This document shows, in pieces, positions 6,481 to 10,125 of a DNA stretch of 10,125 nt (its first letter is position 1; the number at the start of each line of letters is the position of its first letter). The notes below the pieces were generated by a model that saw only the letters and a list, made by a program, of their open reading frames with translations, searched no databases and was not told where the DNA came from. Both the position numbers and the translations under genes were made by a program. The DNA comes from Pseudomonadota bacterium (GTDB lineage: Bacteria > Oederibacteriota > Muellerivitia > Muellerivitales > Muellerivitaceae). The stretch covers positions 1 to 10,125 of the forward strand of contig JAJPJW010000123.1 of the NCBI GenBank assembly GCA_021324075.1, given 5' to 3'.

Positions 6481-7191
6481 ATGCCCGTCCAAATCCCCCA
6501 CCATCACCACCATGAAACCCATTCCCTTTCCCTGTTGGCCCTCAGGGATTTCGTGGTGGGCACCTCCGACGGCCTTACGGTCCCCTTCGCCCTGGCGGCG
6601 GGCCTGAGCGGCGCCGTGCACAGCAATTCGGTCATCATCGTGGCGGGCCTGGCCGAGATCATCGCCGGCACCATTTCCATGGGCCTGGGCGGTTACCTGG
6701 CGGGCCAGACCGAGATCGAGCATTACGAAGGGGAACAGCGGCGGGAGGAAATGGAAGTGAAGAAGATCCCCCAGGAGGAAATGGACGAGATCAAGAACAT
6801 CCTGGAAGCCTACGGCATCACCCCCACGACCCAGGAAGCGGTGGCCGCGGACCTGGCGAAGGACCACAAGAAGTGGGTGGATTTCATGATGCGCTTCGAG
6901 CTGGGCCTGGAGAAACCCGACCCCCGGCAGGCCTTTTTCAGCGCCCTGCGCATCGGCTTGTCCTACGCCGCCGGGGGATTGATCCCCCTGTCGGCCTATT
7001 TCTTCTGCGCCGAACCCCTCTCCGGCCTTAAATATTCCACCGCCCTGACGGTTCTCTGCCTGCTGGTTTTCGGCTACTTCAAGGCCCGCTTCACCCATCA
7101 AAACCCCTGGAAGGGCGCCGCCACCGTCACCGGGATCGGCGTCGCCGCCGCCGGCGCCGCCTTCGCCATCGCCCGTCTCGTCAACCCATGA
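6481..7191 (+). CDS. VIT1/CCC1-family (PF01988-like) Fe/Mn transporter with an N-terminal His-rich tract
   Basis: VIT signature DFVVGTSDGLTVPFALAAGLSGA. A Glu-rich cytoplasmic metal-binding loop (EIEHYEGEQRREEMEVKKIPQEEMDEI). Five TM-like segments. The first in-frame ATG is 6481 (MPVQIPHHHHHETHS); the track ORF starts at GTG 6415 with no RBS. Start choice is uncertain. Confidence 0.8.
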   Translation: MPVQIPHHHHHETHSLSLLALRDFVVGTSDGLTVPFALAAGLSGAVHSNSVIIVAGLAEIIAGTISMGLGGYLAGQTEIEHYEGEQRREEMEVKKIPQEEMDEIKNILEAYGITPTTQEAVAADLAKDHKKWVDFMMRFELGLEKPDPRQAFFSALRIGLSYAAGGLIPLSAYFFCAEPLSGLKYSTALTVLCLLVFGYFKARFTHQNPWKGAATVTGIGVAAAGAAFAIARLVNP

Positions 7192-8354
7192 AATTTTTAT
7201 CCAAGCTGCCCCGCACCGTCGTGTGGCTGGGCCTGGTGAGCTTCTTCAACGACCTGGCCAAGGAAATGATCTATCCCGTCGTTCCCCTCTTCCTGGCCCA
7301 GGTTTTGGGGGCAGGCCCCGTGGCGGTGGGCTGGGTCGAAGGCGTGGCCGAATCCACCTCCTCCCTCATCAAGGTTTTTTCCGGCATCGGGGCGGACCGG
7401 GCGCGGAAACGCAAACCCTTTATCCTGGTGGGCTTTGCCATGTCCACCCTGCTGCGGCCTCTGGTGGGTCTGGCGCAAAGTTGGCCCATGGTGCTCTTCT
7501 TCCGCTTTACCGACCGGCTGGGCAAGGGCGTACGTTCCGCCCCCCAGGATTCGCTGATCGCGGATGTCACCACACCCGCCAACCGGGGGACTTCCTACGG
7601 TTTTCACAGCGCCATGGACGATGCGGGCCAGCTCCTGGGGCCGATGATGGCCGGCGGCTTGCTGCTGTTGGGGATTACCTATCGCAACGTGATCCTGCTT
7701 TCGATTATTCCGGGAGTGCTGGCTTGGACCGCGGTCTGGCAGGTGAAGGAAAAACCCAAAGCCCGGACCCTGAAGACCGGCAAGTGGACCCTTTGGAAGG
7801 ACTGGAACAGCTTCAACGGTTCCTTGAAGGCCCTGCTGGCGGTCCTCATCCTTTTCACACTGGGCAATTCCTCCGACGCCTTCCTGATGCTCCGGCTTTC
7901 CCAGGCGGGAATTTCCAGCTGGCTGATCGCCCTTTTATGGGGCCTGCACGGGGGCGTCCGGATGCTCTCCTCCCTGTGGTCTGGACCCCTTTCCGACCGG
8001 TTGGGCCGAAAACCGCTGATCGTCTCGGGCTGGGTTTACTACGCCCTCATTTATTTCGGCTTCGCCTTGGTCAACCAAAAGGAGGGCTTGGTGGCCCTCT
8101 TCCTGGCTTACGGAATTTTCTACGGGCTTTGCGAACCTTCTGAAAAAGCCTTGGTGGCCGACCTCGCCCCGAAAACCCTGCGGGGAACGGCTTTCGGCTA
8201 TTACAATTTGGTCCTGGGCCTTTTCGCCCTTCCGGCCAGTCTTTTATTCGGATGGGTAGGACAAACCTGGGGCTACCCCTGGGCCTTCGGGGTCGGCGCC
8301 GCTTTCGCGGGCTTGGCCTCCCTTTTCCTCGTTTTTATCCCGTCCAAAAAGTAA
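7188..8354 (+). CDS. MFS-superfamily transporter (12-TM), translationally coupled to the VIT gene
   Basis: ATGA start/stop overlap at 7188-7191. Multiple hydrophobic helices. MFS motif-A-like loops DRLGKGVR (TM2-3) and DRLGRKP (TM8-9). The overlapping alternative-frame ORFs (7223..8143 +, 7197..7607 -) are Arg/Gly/Pro-rich artefacts. Confidence 0.9.
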   Translation: MKFLSKLPRTVVWLGLVSFFNDLAKEMIYPVVPLFLAQVLGAGPVAVGWVEGVAESTSSLIKVFSGIGADRARKRKPFILVGFAMSTLLRPLVGLAQSWPMVLFFRFTDRLGKGVRSAPQDSLIADVTTPANRGTSYGFHSAMDDAGQLLGPMMAGGLLLLGITYRNVILLSIIPGVLAWTAVWQVKEKPKARTLKTGKWTLWKDWNSFNGSLKALLAVLILFTLGNSSDAFLMLRLSQAGISSWLIALLWGLHGGVRMLSSLWSGPLSDRLGRKPLIVSGWVYYALIYFGFALVNQKEGLVALFLAYGIFYGLCEPSEKALVADLAPKTLRGTAFGYYNLVLGLFALPASLLFGWVGQTWGYPWAFGVGAAFAGLASLFLVFIPSKK

Positions 8355-8384
8355 TCCGACACAGTTTTGCAGTGAATCTTCTAA

Positions 8385-8403
8385 ATGGGTAAAAAAGACC
8401 CAT
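8385..8403. promoter_or_regulatory. Palindrome ATGGGT-aaaaaag-ACCCAT; candidate enhancer-binding-protein site (UAS) about 80 bp upstream of the sigma-54 element
   Basis: Inverted repeat read directly. It is followed by a T-tract/pyrimidine-rich spacer (8404-8470) with roughly helically phased T runs. Confidence 0.3.
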
Positions 8404-8470
8404 CCGGTAAAAAGAAACCTCTTTTTTCTTTTGCCTTCCGCCTATTTTCTGGCTTTTTCGATTCCTTTCT

Positions 8471-8485
8471 TGGCGCATTTATTGC
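8471..8485 (+). promoter_or_regulatory. Candidate sigma-54 (RpoN) -24/-12 promoter: TGGCGC-ATTTA-TTGC
   Basis: Matches the consensus TGGCAC-N5-TTGC at 9 of 10 fixed positions, with exact spacing. GG at 8472-8473 and GC at 8484-8485. It lies about 70 nt upstream of ATG 8553, and no convincing sigma-70 -35/-10 is nearby. Confidence 0.45.
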
Positions 8486-8552
8486 CCTAAAAGAGGCCAC
8501 AACCCTTTCACTTGCCTGTGGAAGGGACAACTAACTGGGAAAGGAAGCCGCC

Positions 8553-9440
8553 ATGAAAGGCATCTCGGCTGAGACTAAGGAATTCGTTTTGAAGGGCTAT
8601 GAAAAATTGGATCTCCTGGAGGGGCGCTTGGCCGCCATCCAGGGAGGCAAGGACGCTTCCCGGCATTGGTCCGATACCTGCCCCGCCTTTTACGAGTTCG
8701 CCGAAAGGGCGAACTTCTTCGGCTTCCAGCGCCTCCAGGGCCTGTCCCGGACGGTGGAATACGTCCTCAAGCGCCTGGACAATTACCAGATCCACCCCCA
8801 ACCCCACGTCATCGGTCATTTGTTCAACCTCACCGAGGATTTGCGGCGCCACTTGGACCAGGTCGCCGGTTCGGGTACGGAAGCAAACCAGGGCTCCCTC
8901 CTTCCCAAGGATTCACCCTCCGCCGTGGCCCATAAGCTTGTTCCCTTCAACCCCCTGCCGGTGTTCCAGAAGATCCTGGTCTTCCGCACTCCCGACGACG
9001 GCCGCATGGCCATGCCCTTCGATAATGTCATGCGGTTGGAATCCTTCCAGGAACCCGTAGCGGATAAAAAAGAGGGTGTCGGTGGGGCGGCCTACCAGGA
9101 CCGGCGAATCCCCACGATCGACGTTTCCCGGGTCCTGCCCGAACGCCGGATCATTTTCCGCCGGCCGCCCGTCCGTGTTCCCATGGGACAGACCCGGCAG
9201 ATGATCATTTACGTGACGCCCTTCGGCGAAGTGGGGCTGGTGGTGGACGCCATCCTGGACGTCTTCAAGGCGAAACTCGAGGTGGAACGCCCGGCCAGCC
9301 GCAGGGGGGTCCACGGTTCGATGGAACTCAAGGACCGGCTCACCGAGATCTTGGATATCCAAGCGATCTTGTCCCAAAGCGGCCTGGTCTTTTCCCAGGC
9401 CCAGTCCGGCATGCCTTCGGGCGAAAGGATCGCCAGCTAA
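8553..9440 (+). CDS. Kinase-less CheA-like protein: N-terminal Hpt (P1)-like four-helix domain lacking the conserved His, plus C-terminal CheA-P5/CheW-like domain
   Basis: AAGGAAG RBS 5 nt upstream. Residues ~10-110 align by eye to CheA P1: FYEFAERANFFGFQRLQGLSRTVEYVLKRL vs FRAAHSIKGGAGTFGFSVLQETTHLMENLL, and the downstream helix aligns without gaps, but Tyr/Ala sits where the phospho-His should be. Residues ~150-285 resemble CheA P5: ILVFRTPDDGRMAMPFDNVMRLESF…GGAAYQDRRIPTIDVSRVL…IIYVTPFGEVGLVVDAILDV…LEV vs LLLFQAGDKEQFAIPLDHVARLEEF…GLVVDRILDIVEDTLEV. No P3 or P4 (HATPase) segment exists. Confidence 0.8.
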   Translation: MKGISAETKEFVLKGYEKLDLLEGRLAAIQGGKDASRHWSDTCPAFYEFAERANFFGFQRLQGLSRTVEYVLKRLDNYQIHPQPHVIGHLFNLTEDLRRHLDQVAGSGTEANQGSLLPKDSPSAVAHKLVPFNPLPVFQKILVFRTPDDGRMAMPFDNVMRLESFQEPVADKKEGVGGAAYQDRRIPTIDVSRVLPERRIIFRRPPVRVPMGQTRQMIIYVTPFGEVGLVVDAILDVFKAKLEVERPASRRGVHGSMELKDRLTEILDIQAILSQSGLVFSQAQSGMPSGERIAS

Positions 9441-9451
9441 GTTCCGGGAAA

Positions 9452-9485
9452 TTTCGGCCCTTTCCTTGGAAAGAAAGGGCCGAAA
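9452..9485 (+). terminator. 13-bp perfect stem-loop (tttcggccctttc / cttggaaa / gaaagggccgaaa) 12 nt after the CheA-like stop; no U-tract
   Basis: Inverted repeat read directly. It may be a terminator/attenuator or an RNA stability element between the CheA-like and GGDEF genes. Confidence 0.4.
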
Positions 9486-9524
9486 CTTCGCGAGCCGTCC
9501 TTCCGTCCTTGTTAGAATGGCGGC

Positions 9525-10125
9525 ATGCGAAGATCTTACCTTTACGCCCTTTTGGGCCTCTTGTTGGGGGTTTCGGCCCCCCTTGGCGCCATCCTTTTGC
9601 TTTGGTTCTCCCCCCACCCCGCGCTCCGGCTTCCCTATTTCATCGAGGAGGAGTGGCAGGACCATCTCTTCTTTTTCACCTATATGCTCGTGGGAACCAG
9701 CCTGGTCTTCAGCCTTTTCGGTTTTCTTCTGGGGCGCAAGGCCGACTTCCTACTACGGGAGGTGTTGACCGATCCCTTGACGGGTCTGGGCAACCATCGT
9801 TTCCTCCACGACGTGTTTAAGATCGAGTTCCGCCGGCACGTCACCACCCGCCAACCCCTTTCCTGCCTGATGATGGACTTGGACCACTTCAAGAAGGTCA
9901 ACGATGCCTATGGCCATCCTGTCGGGGACCACGTCTTGAAACATTTCGCCACCCAGGTGAAAAAATCGATCCGGGAGGGGGACACGGCCACCCGTTACGG
10001 CGGGGAGGAATTCCTCTGCATCCTGCCCAACTGCGACGCGCCCGAGGCCCTGGCGGTGGCCGAGCGCATCCGAAAGAGCACGATGGATTGCCCCCTCCAG
10101 CACAATGAGAAAATTGTCCGTATCA
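9525..10125 (+). CDS. Membrane-anchored GGDEF-domain diguanylate cyclase (5' partial; continues past window end)
   Basis: This frame is absent from the ORF track because it has no stop in the window. MRRSYLYALLGLLLGVSAPLGAILLLWF…YMLVGTSLVFSLFGFLLG gives two TM helices. Then a GGDEF domain: LTDPLTGLGNHRFL…DLDHFKKVNDAYGHPVGDHVLK…REGDTATRYGGEEFLCILP. That is an intact GGEEF active site with an RxxD I-site 5 residues upstream, close to the PleD RESDLVARYGGEEF arrangement. The two listed ORFs 9466..9768 and 9509..9820 are the wrong frames. Confidence 0.85.
   Translation, partial: MRRSYLYALLGLLLGVSAPLGAILLLWFSPHPALRLPYFIEEEWQDHLFFFTYMLVGTSLVFSLFGFLLGRKADFLLREVLTDPLTGLGNHRFLHDVFKIEFRRHVTTRQPLSCLMMDLDHFKKVNDAYGHPVGDHVLKHFATQVKKSIREGDTATRYGGEEFLCILPNCDAPEALAVAERIRKSTMDCPLQHNEKIVRI

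Noticed and set aside
7223-8143. 306-aa alternate-frame ORF inside the MFS gene and 6442..7101 minus ORF inside the VIT gene
   Set aside because: Arg/Gly/Pro-rich artefactual frames of GC-rich coding sequence. The annotated frames give coherent multi-TM transporters.
8385-8534. 49-codon ORF (MGKKDPSGKKKPLFSFAFRLFSGFFDSFLGAFIAL…) in the MFS/CheA-like intergenic region
   Set aside because: No RBS. T-ending codon bias (ttt/tct/ctt) is unlike the neighbouring genes. It overlaps the sigma-54 promoter and palindrome, so it is more likely non-coding regulatory DNA.
8913-9665. 250-aa minus-strand ORF overlapping the CheA-like gene and the GGDEF start
   Set aside because: Antisense artefact, Gly/Arg/His-rich, with no start context. 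It conflicts with two well-supported plus-strand genes.
9466-9820. Two listed plus-strand ORFs (9466..9768, 9509..9820) downstream of the CheA-like gene
   Set aside because: Their translations are Ser/Pro/Arg-rich nonsense. The third frame from ATG 9525 gives a clean 2-TM plus GGDEF protein with RxxD and GGEEF motifs and simply lacks a stop inside the window.
1-10125. Mobile elements, tRNA/rRNA genes, defence-system hallmarks (nucleases, helicases, TA pairs)
   Set aside because: No transposase or integrase-like ORFs, no terminal inverted repeats flanking a block, and no intergenic region long or structured enough for a tRNA. All sizeable ORFs are accounted for by envelope, transport or signalling proteins.

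Overview
A visibly GC-rich bacterial chromosomal segment that is densely coding on both strands. Gene starts are preceded by canonical AAGGAGG-type ribosome-binding sites (RBS). I can support ten protein-coding genes; two of them run off the window edges.

1. A C-terminal fragment of an unknown protein (2..151 +).
2. A signal-peptide outer-membrane beta-barrel protein with a C-terminal aromatic beta-signal (188..1600 +).
3. A secreted SRPBCC/START-like ligand-binding protein (1699..2448 +).
4. A minus-strand run of three genes, plausibly co-transcribed. First is a lipoprotein with a 90-residue Pro/Thr-repeat linker and an unrecognised C-terminal domain (4357..3551). Then a small DUF2934-like protein (3425..3249). 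Last is a secreted TPR protein with a Cys cluster (3204..2470).
5. A flotillin/SPFH-family membrane protein (6300..4492 -), which ends in a clear intrinsic terminator.
6. A translationally coupled VIT1/CCC1-family metal transporter with an N-terminal HHHHH tract (6481..7191 +) and an MFS transporter (7188..8354 +).
7. A kinase-less CheA-like protein, P1 Hpt-like plus P5 CheW-like, in which the phospho-accepting His appears to be substituted (8553..9440 +). Upstream of it sit a good sigma-54 -24/-12 promoter match and a palindromic candidate enhancer site.
8. A two-TM membrane GGDEF diguanylate cyclase with intact RxxD I-site and GGEEF motifs (9525..>10125 +). Its frame is not in the ORF track because it has no stop in the window.

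The long reverse-strand ORFs overlapping these genes are high-GC antisense artefacts. I see no rRNA, tRNA, CRISPR array or transposase/integrase signatures. The most unusual element is the degenerate P1-P5 pseudo-CheA module, apparently under sigma-54 control, sitting next to a c-di-GMP synthase.
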